A stretch of 64,000 nucleotides of DNA, taken from Trichodelitschia bisporula. Lineage: Eukaryota. A program made the translations under genes and the position numbers. Shown piece after piece: positions 47,317-58,300 of this stretch. The stretch is taken from contig ML996694.1 of NCBI GenBank assembly GCA_010356995.1, positions 123,224 to 187,223 on the forward strand, read 5' to 3'. The number at the start of each line of letters is the position of its first letter. Within the stretch, counting starts at the first letter, position 1. The notes beneath the pieces were generated by a model. It made no database searches. It worked only from the letters and a program-made list of their open reading frames with translations, and had not been told where the DNA came from.

Positions 47317-49876
47317 CCCCTTTTTTTTCTTTTCAGTCAACTCCGCATCCAGTGTTTTGGGGGCCGCTTGGACCCTGTAAGCAGGGAGGAGTGGTGGGAG
47401 TCGGGTTGTTCGTTCTGTTTCTTTCTTTTGTTTATTTGGCAGGCGGGTGGGCGTGCGAGACGATGATGATTCTCTTTTCCCTCGATTCCGATGCCGTCTC
47501 TGGACAGCGCTGGCGCGAGGATTGGAGCCTTCGGAGTGCTGATCGGCTGCGGCTGAGATGGGCTTCTGAGGTACTGAGTCTCAACGGTTGTCCTGGGCAG
47601 GGTGTGTGGATGCATTTGGCTGTATGCTTAGTCTTGAATGGAGATTCGGTTCGGGATCGAGCTTACTATTGTGACGTCTTCCACTTGATCATGATTCAAG
47701 TTTATCGTATGTGTTCTCCTTGAGATTCATTCCAGGTTCGCGATATGCCCCACTGTGGCCCTGAAACAGTGACGTCGCTCTTTCCTGTAGAGTTCCGTCG
47801 TGACGGTCGCCGATATCGGTCTCTGTTCCTCGCCGGCAACAGGGTTCGCGATGCCGGAGGGAATCTCTCGACAATCGGAATCTGCCAGCACGGCATCTGT
47901 GATCGATGCGGCAGTCATGAATGTCTGATCAATTCCAGCACCGCATCCATTGCAGGCCGTATACCCATGAAGATGCTGTGAAGATACGATCAGTTCTAAT
48001 CATGGTGAAGAAAGCATGTAATACTCGAATAAATTCTTTGGAAATTGTACGTCCAGGCCTTGTGCCGCGACTGCATCCATTGCCCGTACTGCCTAAAGAT
48101 GCCATCAGTACCAATTCTGCATCATGAAGAAAAGATGTAGTACTTGAATAACTTCTTCCAGCATTGCCCGTCCAGGAATCTGCCCGCATTGAATCCATGA
48201 TTGACCCTTCATCGTGAACATCCCATCAGAGCCAATTGTGTAACCTTGACGTTCCCAACAGCGGTGAAGATGCCACTAGTCCTAACTATAAATTGTAAGC
48301 AAGCAGGTAGGACTTCAACAAGCTTTGTTGTAATTGTACGTCGATTGTGGAAGTTGTTGAGTCAAAAGTGACAACTTGAGACTACAAACTTGCATTCAAG
48401 TCCAACCAAGAAACCGGGGAGTACAGCATGAGGATCATATTCAAGGAATGCAACTGATGCCATGCTGCAACGTCAGCCTCAAATCTAGGCAAAATTTTAC
48501 CCACCAGTCTACGGATGTAGACATCACCACCACGTCTAAAACTCCGCAAAATTCCGACTCAACCCATCTCAGCACAGCCATCAATCTCCCTTCAGCATCC
48601 ACCTTCCTTCAAACATCTGGCCGTCGTCACAGTCGTCGTGCATGCGCTTCATGTCAAGCAAAATCTCACCCTCGCCAGCCCCACGCAGTTTCCCCCAGTG
48701 CGGAGCCTCCCGCGCAGACGCGCGCGCCGCCCATGCGTGTCACAGCCGCGAGCCAGTTACATGCGGCGCACTTGCCGCCGGCGAATTTGAAGCGCGGCGG
48801 CCGTGATTGGTACCAAGGCTACGTGTGGGGGGGATCGAGGCGCGGTCGGAGCTGTGGCGAGTGCGTGGTGTGGCACACCAGTGGCGGGCCTGTGGCGGGT
48901 GGGGATTGAGATGAAGGCGGGATTATGGGGGTGCGACGACCGGGGTGAGGCGGTGGAGATGGGATTGTGCGCGAGGCCGGTGCGATTGCGGTGGAGGCGC
49001 AGCGAAGATAAGATGTTCTTGCTGTGGCGAATTGGTGTGAGATAGGAGGGGACGAGACGAGATGGGATGGAGATGGGAATGAAGCTTTACGTCGCTGTCG
49101 ACGTTGTGAAGCGCGGCAACGAAGTTCATTGCGTTGGCTACGCCGCTTCGCGGATTCCCGAAGTGGTCTAGCTCCCGCTCAGCGCTAAACCGATAGGAGC
49201 AACGCGGCTACGCCCAGACTTGCCGCTCCAGCCAACAACTGATCTGTGCTTCGACCCGCCCATCAGTCCCATGTCCTGTCCGCCCAGTGCTCATTGCCCA
49301 AGCCCACTCTCCCACTGCACAAGTGCACCACTCACATCCGCCCCCCCCCCCCCCCCCCCAGCAACCCCTTCTCCACCAAGACACCATCCAACAGCACCGA
49401 CTCTCTCTCTCTCTCATCTCCCTTCCCATCACCACACTCCACGCTCTCCACCCTCATCCACCCCCCAACGCAATAAATACAACTCGCACTCCCTCCACAT
49501 TCACCCTGGCAACAAACAAGTCGATCTTGCACAGACTTTATTACACCTGCGCACCAGCAGAAAGCGCTCATTCGGTCAGTCCTAGGCGCGCGAGCCTCAT
49601 TTCGCTTCTCACTACCCGCAACCCCAAATCTCACCTTCCTCAACCACCACCTTGCTGCCCCCCTCTTCCCATCAACACCTACAGCACGCTGCACACAAGC
49701 ATCAATCACCTTTACGAGCATCAAAGGCTCGCTCTCCTGCTGCACAATTTCTCGAAGTTGGTCGGTGCAAACGTCCGTTCCACCCCAGCGGTCGGTCGGC
49801 CGGCCTCCGACGCGAAACAACACTCCGCGCGACAACACCTCAAGTCTCCTCATTTCGCGCATCTCTTCGGCCCCGC

Positions 49877-51581
49877 ATGAGCGCTGCAGCCGTCCAAGTG
49901 CAGCCTGCTCTTGCTCCCTCTATCACTGCAGAAGACGTCAACGGTTCTCCGTCGCGAGGTTTGTCTTTGCGACACCGAGGACGCGCATTGCTGACCTTTT
50001 TCGCTCCAACAGTTTCCAACGCGGACCAGTCCCGGTCTCGCAAAAAGCGCTCCCTCGACGCGCTCCCCGTCCCCGCCCCAATGGCGAACGACGAGCCGCC
50101 GTCGGCTGCGACCGGCCTCAGCGGCGATACTGCCAAGGATACGGAAAGCGTCCGCAACGGATCTCGCAGCTCGAAGCGCAGCCTCATGGGCAAGCGCAAG
50201 GACCGCTCTCGTGCGAGTTCGAAGCGCTCCCTCAAGCAGACTGTGCTCTCGGAGAAGCAGCCGACCGAGGCGACACCTGACAGTGGATCTCCGCGCACCC
50301 TCACAAATCGTTCTCATAAGAAGGTTCCCAAGTTCTTTGCTTTTCTCTGCTGCGGCGCTAAGGAAGACGACGAGGACCTTGAGCAGACAGAGCTTAAGCC
50401 TGTGAAACAAGTCGCCGAGCGCACATCTCTTCCGTCAGCGACGCAGAAGGCGGATCCTACTGCCGAGAGCAGCACTGCCGATTCTAAGGAGCCATTTGAG
50501 GACAAGGCGGCTGGAGAGTCATATCAGCCCACCCTCACAACTACCACCAAGTCCGAGCCGGATCATCATGTCGTACAGGGCGACGCCGCATCCGATAAGG
50601 CGCAGCAATCGGAGACGCGCAATCGGTCCCATTCCACCCGTGAAAAGCCAGACGTACAGACAGTGATGGATAGCAGCGAGCACCTTAATGCTCCTCAAAT
50701 CGCCATCGAAGCGCCGACACCTGTGTCGTCACCCGAAGAGCAACTCATCCACGACCGCACCCGGGAGCAGGAGGAGCGCGATACGGATATCGAGATGACG
50801 GACTCGGGTCAAACTGTTCCCATTGCCGCCAACGAAGTCCAGTCGGCCGATGATGCCGGTGGCCAGAGCCCGCCGGAGAATGCTCCGATCAAAGTCGACC
50901 TCCCGCCGCCTCCTCCTCTTGCCGATCGCCAGGCTCAGGTACAGCAGCCCAAAGCGCCGGAGACGGCACCCGAGCCTCAGAAGTGGTTGCTGCCCGGTAT
51001 TCGTCCTGAACATTCGGGACGGAAAACGCTTGTGCTGGATCTCGATGAGACTCTTGTGCACAGCAGCTTCAAGATCTTACATCAAGCCGACTTTACCATT
51101 CCTGTCGAGATTGAAGGCCAGTACCACAACGTGTATGTCATCAAACGGCCCGGCGTGGATACCTTCTTGAAGCGCATGGGGGAGATTTACGAGGTTGTTG
51201 TGTTTACGGCATCGGTGTCCAAGTATGGCGATCCGCTGCTGGACCAACTCGACATCCACAACGTGGTGCATCACCGCTTGTTCCGGGAGAGCTGCTACAA
51301 TCATCAGGGCAATTATGTCAAGGCATGTTTACCGTCTGCTTATCAAACCGTATCTAACACCTCCGCAGGACCTTTCACAGATGGGACGCGACTTAAAGGA
51401 CACGATAATCATCGACAACTCGCCAACATCGTACATTTTCCACCCGCAGCACGCAGTGCCGATCAGCAGCTGGTTCTCAGACGCACACGACAACGAGCTA
51501 CTCGACCTGATCCCCGTGCTGGAAGACCTGGCCGGCCCGCAGGTGCGGGACGTGAGCCTGGTGCTGGATGTTTCGCTGTAA
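49877..51581 (+). CDS. PSR1: Psr1/Psr2-type small CTD-like HAD phosphatase (NIF domain)
   Basis: [14 protein letters not shown] (DxDxT), [49 protein letters not shown] candidate palmitoylation site; probable intron 49959-50012 and intron 51323-51368. Confidence 0.93.
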
Positions 51582-52320
51582 GCTCTGGGTTTAGAGAACC
51601 ACCAAAAAATGATCCCGTTCCTTTTATCTATTGTTCCCAACCATTCTCTCTCAGGGAGGGAGGGGCGCGTGTCCGGGGGAGTAGATTGTATTGTCTAATC
51701 GTTTGTTTTATTCGGGCGTGTTTTTTGTGTACAGCGAAAGAAGGGTTTTGGGGCGAGTGCTTCTTTGGGAGGGTCGAGCTGTCAAGCAACGGGTGCGCAT
51801 ATTGGAGCGGTGGTAGTATAAGTGCATATTTTCGTTACCCCCCTTTTTTTTGCACACGCTTGAGCTGGACCCCTGCTTTTGAGCTGTACGTCTGGAGGGG
51901 GGGAGTGGGCTCCGCGGCCCTCAGTTTTGTTGCTGTTAAGATGGCCTTTGCATTTTGGGATGCGGGTTTCGCGCGGGTTTGCCACTTGTATGAGACGCGG
52001 AGCCGGGAGGGAGTGGGGGTGAGAAGCGATGAGGGGTACACATTGTCCCGAGCGGGCGCCTTTTTTTTCTTATCTGGTGGGGAGGAGGGATGCGCCCTTA
52101 TGAGGAGGGTGGTGAGAGGAAGGGAGAAGGAGGCAGAGAGGAAACAATCATGGCATCTTGGCCCGCATCTTTGGTTTTTCGTATGCTTTACGCACACACG
52201 CGCCCTGATCGGGTCCTGCCCTACCTGACTGAACTGACGACATCTCGTATTCACGGCCCGCCATTTGGCATCCTGCCACATCATTAACAAGGCCCAGCTA
52301 ACACCCCAACCAGCCGACAG

Positions 52321-53532
52321 GTGACATGGCCTCCTGTGGTATCTCGAACTGACTTTTCGAACAACCCTGCGCCCCGCATCTTGGCTGCTTCGCCCCCAGA
52401 TGTCTCCCCACAATTCCCACGCGCGACCGCACCCTCCCCGGCAGGTATCAACGATGTTCAACCGCAGCGGATCGCGGGGGAGATGGCGTACCTCCACGAC
52501 TACCCCCCGATGATGTTAGACTCTATCCTCCGCGGCACGGGCTCGGGGACGACGCGCGGAAGGGGGAGGGTAAGGGTGAATGAGAGGGTTAGGCGGTATG
52601 GCTTTTTAAGGAGTGAGTGGTTTGGGGGCGTGATCAGGCGGTTTGGATGGGGGAGGGACGTGGAAGTGGAAGTCGTGGAAGTCGTCGACGATACGGGAGA
52701 TGCTCGAAGTATGGGAAGCGGGGAAGGTGCGGGAGATATCCCAGCTCTCGACGGACCAGCGGACATCCCTCCTCCCCCACCTAACACGCCTGCGCGGGTG
52801 ACAGACGACGATTACGAGACGGTGCCGCTCGCCCCGCCCCCGACACTACGGCTTATGCCTGCGAGGCTTGCGGTTGCGGTTGGGGAATCGCCGGTCCGCG
52901 CCGCAGAGCGCTCGCCGGCGACGCCGAGGCTGCAGGCTGCGAGACTTGCGGCTGCGGTTGTGGAATCACCGATTCGGAATTCGGAGCGTTCGCCGGGTAC
53001 ACTTGCGAGTTATTTGGCGCAGTGGCGCGAACCGAGCTACACCGACGACGAAGGGTTTGCGGAGGAGCATGAGGAGGGGCGGGGGGAGGAGGGGGATGAG
53101 GAGGTACTTGAGGGGGTAGGTGAAATGAGGCCGTATGAGAGTATGGGCAGGGGTGAGAGGATGATGGGTAGGGGTGAACGACGGTACTGGCGGCAGCGCG
53201 CGCGTGGCGGGCGGTGGTTCGCGAGTCCCCTGGGGGGGATTCGGGAAGAGGCTGGTGAGGGGGGACCGGAGAGGCTTATTAGCGAGGAGGAGGATGGAGG
53301 GGTGTTGGGGTGGTATGAGAGGGGGTATTTGGCACAGCGTGTGGGAGGGGGGAGGACGTTTGCGGGTGTGCTTGGGGGGATTAGTGAAAAAGATGAGGAG
53401 AGGGAGGAAGAGGAGGAGGGGCCGGAGCCGGTGGAGGTGGTGCAGGGGGTGAGGAGGGAGATGAGGTCGGGACGGTATGTGAGTTGGTTGGAGCGGGTTG
53501 CTGAAGATGGGGGGGGGGGGTTAGGGTGCTAA
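52321..53532 (+). CDS. Orphan low-complexity ORF with two internal peptide duplications
   Basis: 403-codon open frame; RLAVAVGESPVRAAERSP / RLAAAVVESPIRNSERSP and ERRYWRQRARGGRWFASPLGGIREE / ERGYLAQRVGGGRTFAGVLGGISEK; start uncertain (ATG at ~52483). Confidence 0.5.
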   Translation: MTWPPVVSRTDFSNNPAPRILAASPPDVSPQFPRATAPSPAGINDVQPQRIAGEMAYLHDYPPMMLDSILRGTGSGTTRGRGRVRVNERVRRYGFLRSEWFGGVIRRFGWGRDVEVEVVEVVDDTGDARSMGSGEGAGDIPALDGPADIPPPPPNTPARVTDDDYETVPLAPPPTLRLMPARLAVAVGESPVRAAERSPATPRLQAARLAAAVVESPIRNSERSPGTLASYLAQWREPSYTDDEGFAEEHEEGRGEEGDEEVLEGVGEMRPYESMGRGERMMGRGERRYWRQRARGGRWFASPLGGIREEAGEGGPERLISEEEDGGVLGWYERGYLAQRVGGGRTFAGVLGGISEKDEEREEEEEGPEPVEVVQGVRREMRSGRYVSWLERVAEDGGGGLGC

Positions 53533-54949
53533 GGGATGGGGGGGGGGGATGCTGTCTTCACGGCTATCTACGGTACTGCATCATCTGGTGTTTAGGTACG
53601 ACCTTAGAATGCGGTACTTGCTCTGCTGAAGATCGTGTGTTCATGTGGTGATTGTGGTGCCTGGTGTGGTGCCGGGATCGGATTGAGGGTTAGGGGATCG
53701 GATGCGACGATCCGTTGGCAACATCAGTATCACAGGGTCAAATCGAATCCCCGCTGTCGTTCCGGCAAACGATGTAAAGGTATATATTCAGCAAAGCTGT
53801 TCAAATCAACGACTGACTATCCTAGTAGCGTGCGGTATGTATGAACTGCCTAGCAAATAGTACACAGTGCCTCAGGAGTAGACTGGCCTCCATTGGCTCC
53901 AATGGCAATGACCGACATGGCGTCGCGGCTGCTATGAAGTGCCAGTAGCTGCCTGGAGACGACGTGAGAGGAGTATGGTAGGAAGGCCTTCGAGGTCGGC
54001 GGCGAGGTTGAGGATGGGACGGAAGGTGCATTCGGGCACGATGCTCGGATTTCGCGTGCCTTCCATGGCCGACCAGCCGCGCCTTCCCTCCTCAACCACT
54101 CGCGCCTTCCATTGTCGGCAATGGCAGCAAACACCACCCCTCGCACTTGCCAATTCACATGTTGAGTCGTCGACCTTCTCCTCCTCTTTCTTTTTTTCTT
54201 CTTCTTCTTTCTCACAACATCCACATTTCTCACCAGCATCACTCAATCGCCATCAACAAACACTTCCCCACTCACCAAGTCATGGTAGAGGTATATATCT
54301 TCGGGGCTATGTACTGTTTCTACTATATCCTCTTCCTCGTGTTTACAACAACCACTTCCCAATCACCATTTTCACTACCGCATTCCGTCTTCAGAATTCC
54401 ATTAGTAGCAGAGTTAACATGTCTCTGTTACGCCCCACCACATTCACGAGGCCTTTCCTTATGGCTCTTTCTGCTCACGTCCGTGGTTATACCTCCGCCA
54501 CTGTCCCTAGCTCTGCTTCTGCTACTGCCTCCTCCCCCGCACTCGCCATCGCATATATACAAGACGACCATTTTGACATGGCCGAGCTCCTGCGGAATAC
54601 ATAGAGGTAAGTACTTTACAAGGCGAATCGGGAACTGTACAGACGGTTTAGGCCTATCACGCCTGCTATAAACAGCGTCATTATATGCCGCTAGTGATGC
54701 TATATACACATCTCCGTACGCCAACACTTCCACTGCCCCAGGCCCTATGCAAAGTTGAAGCAGTAGTAGAGTTAACATATCTCTGCTGCGTCCCATGCCC
54801 TTCACAATGCCGTTTATCCTGGCTGCATCGATTCCTGGCCCTGCTTCTCGCTCCACCGCTTCCTCTGCGCCAGAGCAGTAAGTACCTCGTGTAACGCGAC
54901 GTAAACGTAGGCTAATCCGGTTGATTTCACAGGCAGAAACCTTTGTTCG

Positions 54950-56410
54950 GTGCGAGTGTCATGCGCGCCGCGTTAGGCCTTGCAAAAAAGAAGCGCAGCC
55001 GGAAGCCGAAAGGGGCCAAGGACGACGTTAAGGTTGCGAAGTTCCAGTTTGATGAGAGAATTGCTCAAGAGCTTGAGGCCGCGCCTAGGCGGTAACAAGA
55101 AATATATGGGCCGCTGCATAAAGATCGTTGTGACTGGCACTGCCCCGGTTGTCACGGTCACTGCAAGTGTGCACAAAGCTCTGGATGCAGATGGATGATT
55201 GTAAATATCAGATGCAGAGGAAAGAGAGGAAGAGGATGGCTAAGCCAAACACAACCATGGTGTGGGGGTGTGGGGCTAAGCGAGGCGCTAGCCCGCACTA
55301 GCCACACAGCCACAGCCACAGTGGTGGTGCAAGCGACCCTGACGATCAGTCATGGCCTCAGGCATCCTACCGACCATGAGCCATGACACCGGTGGCTACG
55401 TCTGACAACCAGAAGGGGCATTCGCTCCAGCTGGTTCAACAGACGGCGGGAGAGACTGCTCTGCAGTGGGCCCCGTAAGCGCCGGTGCCGCTTCCGCCAG
55501 CGGAGACACTGGTGCTTGTCGCTTCGCAGAATGAGGCTGATCCGAAAACTAAGTTGACATCGGATACCGTCCCGCTGGGTACGGACGCCATGGCCATCAA
55601 GACCACTTCAAAGCCGGCCAACGAAGGCATTGTTGTGCGTGCGGACAACCCGGTTCTCGGGATAGAGCCACAGGCCCTACAACAGCCTAAGCCCGCTCCT
55701 GACACAAACAGCCCTTCTGCCTTCGACTTCGGCAAGGCAGCCAAGCCTCGGAACCTCCCGCGCTTTGGCCGCAAGATGCTTACACTGACTTGGCGCGTTC
55801 CGCCCGCCCTCCGCTCCGCGACCCGGAAGCTCGACGTTCCTGGGCTCCTTGTGATATTTGAGGGACCCGGTTGCCATATGGAGTGGGGTGATGCGTACGT
55901 GCCTGCCGATATGCACAAGTCTTGTATCGCGTGCAACGCCCCTAAAGAGCAAAACGAGCCACTTCCTCCGTCACCCCCTGAGTCTACGGCGCCTAGTTTG
56001 GAGAGCAAGGCCAGCTTAGAGGAGATTAGTGCTCTAGCTTCTTCTATTATATACAGCGCCGAGCAAGAGCAGGAGGACGAAATGTCGCCGCAGCTTGAGC
56101 CCGTCCCGGTTAAGGAGGCCGATAATCAGCTCCCGCCGGCTCTAGCCCGCCACGTGCTGCGTCCATCCTCACGCCTCGCCCGCGCCGGTCCCTAAATAGG
56201 TCTAAATGTGCCGCAGCCCCCTTCACGCTTTGAGTTTGGGATGCCCGGCTCCGGGTTCGACTTCAAGATTGAGCACCAAGCCGTCTAGCCTCACCCGATC
56301 CCTGGCTTCGCCGAGTTCAAGGAGTATGAGGAGATCGAAGACGAAGACACTGAGGAAGGAGATTCCAAAGAAGAGGAGGAGGAGCAGTTCAAGGAGGATG
56401 AAGAGTCAAG
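54950..56410 (+). pseudogene. Disrupted paralog of the 58301-60046 orphan gene
   Basis: Collinear homology (GLAKK.R, GGNKK..RCIKIV, GHSLQ, GETALQW, LPRFGRK.LT.T.R.PPA.R..TRKLDVPGLL..FEGPGC.MEWG.A..PADM.K.C..C, L.PSSRLARAGP, FEFG.PGS.FDF) with a frameshift near 55080 and stops at 55476, 56193 and 56286. Confidence 0.85.
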
Positions 56411-56419
56411 GGGGGCACG

Positions 56420-57027
56420 ATATAGAGGTAAATGCTCTAAGACGCGAAGCGGAAACTGTACTGACGATTTAGTCCTATTACGTCTGTTATACAGCGCCAC
56501 TAAATATACCGCCAACGATACTATATACACATCTCCGTACCACAACAACTCTACTGCGAGAACTCGCATTCTAAGCTCAAGTCGCGGCAGAGTTAGCTGT
56601 CTTCGCTGCACCCAACCACCTTCACCATGCCTCTCTTCGTAGGTGTTCCAGCTCCGGCCCCCATCTCTGTCTCCACCGTTGTGCCTCTCCCGGTGCCAGA
56701 GAGATAAGTACCCTGCGTAATGCGACGTAAACGTAGGCTAATCCACCTTGTTTTCACAGTCGGAACCGTTCCTTCAGCGCGTTTGTTGTGCAACTGACCA
56801 AGATCACAAAGAAAGTGCGAGGCTGGCACTTGAACAAGATTGAAGGCAAAAGCGAGGCGGCCAAGGTGGTCTCAGATGCTGAAATCGAGCGAGAGCTCGA
56901 AAGCGTGTCGAGCGGCGACTTTGCGGCGATGTGGCGCAAGATCTCTAATGACCAGGTAGCAAAAACCTGCACCGATGCCGCTATCATCAGCAAGGTCGAA
57001 AAAGCACTGAGCACGGACAACACATAA
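56420..57027 (+). pseudogene. Third, truncated copy of the same family (leader module plus N-terminal fragment)
   Basis: Matches 54600-54940 at DNA level (TATATACACATCTCCGTAC; GCGACGTAAACGTAGGCTAATCC...TTTCACAG); KKVRG...SDAEIERELE resembles KKMRG...SDSTIMRELE. Confidence 0.7.
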
Positions 57028-58300
57028 TCGCGTCGCAGTCGCTATGTCGTTATGACTTGCACGGCGTTGGCTCCAGAGGCACCTCCGGTTGAGCTGGAGA
57101 AGGCTCAGCTGGACCTGGCGCCGAGGAAGTTCGAGCTGAGGACGATCCAGATTCACATACACAACTGAGATAGCTGCGTTTCTACTAGGCCCAAACGATC
57201 AACTCTTTCATCTTCCACTGGCTGGTGCACTCAGATAACTACTGTTGAGCAAGCTGCGAAGGAGCCTCCATCGGATGCCGTGTTCTGTCCCACTGTAAAG
57301 TCAGGGACTCTAGAGAATCACGATTTGCCCCCGACTCCCATGTCTGGGAACGGGGATGTGATTGATGAAACCAGAAAAAGCCCCTGAACGATCTGAGTGA
57401 GGGAAAGGTGGCAGTGGAGGGGAGGATGAGGGAACATGAAAATGGAGAGGATGGGGTGTAGCTATCTATTCATCGCTGATGCAGCGCATTAACGTACATG
57501 CTCCACTGATGATTGGATTCTTACTCCCGAGGTGATTTTGTTGGCAACTTCGCCGTCATAAGGCCAAACCAACTGTCACAGGCGTTCCAAAAAAGGTGAT
57601 CGAGGTAGCGTAGACAGCCAAGGAAGTCCCTCAAATCGGCCGCCATCGTGGCCTCATTTGTATGGGCTTGCTACAGTCATTCAGCCCCCGGGGCATAGGC
57701 CCCTCTAGTCTCTCTAGATTTCACCTTGCGACTCGCTGAGGGTGGAGAGGTTGGTGCTGAATTGCGAACCCGGCTCATGTTGAGAGGTGAGGAGAGGGAG
57801 ATGCTAGGGTGGTAACGGGGGTCAGGGGGTCAGTGCAAGGCTGAGGATCGAACTGGGCCTGTCTTTGGATGCCAGGCCGGGATCAGACAGGAAATGCCTT
57901 CAGATTCGCATTCAAGACTGAGGGTCAAACGGGGACGGCCTTCAGACACAATCCTCAGTCCGGCCAAGCCTTCGATTCTGCGCGGTCTTCCATCCTCGGC
58001 CGTGGTTGTTGACCTGGAGACAAACACAAAGGCTTGGCAGTCGCCAAACGGTGCGCTCGGGTCCTCGACCTCCTTCCCCTCTGGGAAAGTCTTCGATTCC
58101 ACGAGTCTTCCATTATCGATCGCCAGCATTCACCATTGAAGCAAACACAACGTCTTGGCACTCGACAGCAGTACTTAAGTCCTCCACGTTCTTCTGCCCT
58201 TCTCCTCTTCTTCTTCGTCCACACAACAATACATTCCTCATCTTCCAGTCAGCATCTACCACCCCACCACATATCACAATTAAGACGCACCGAAGTTAAC

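Noticed and set aside
45830..47590. CRISPR array or hammerhead ribozyme reading of the repeat array
   Set aside because: Repeats are degenerate and irregularly spaced, the spacers are themselves duplicated, there are no cas genes and the context is eukaryotic; CTGATGG lacks the CUGANGA...GAAA hammerhead core.
49652..52228. 858-aa ORF as the real Psr1 protein
   Set aside because: It reads through introns; the conserved C-terminus is in another frame, reached through the GC-AG intron.
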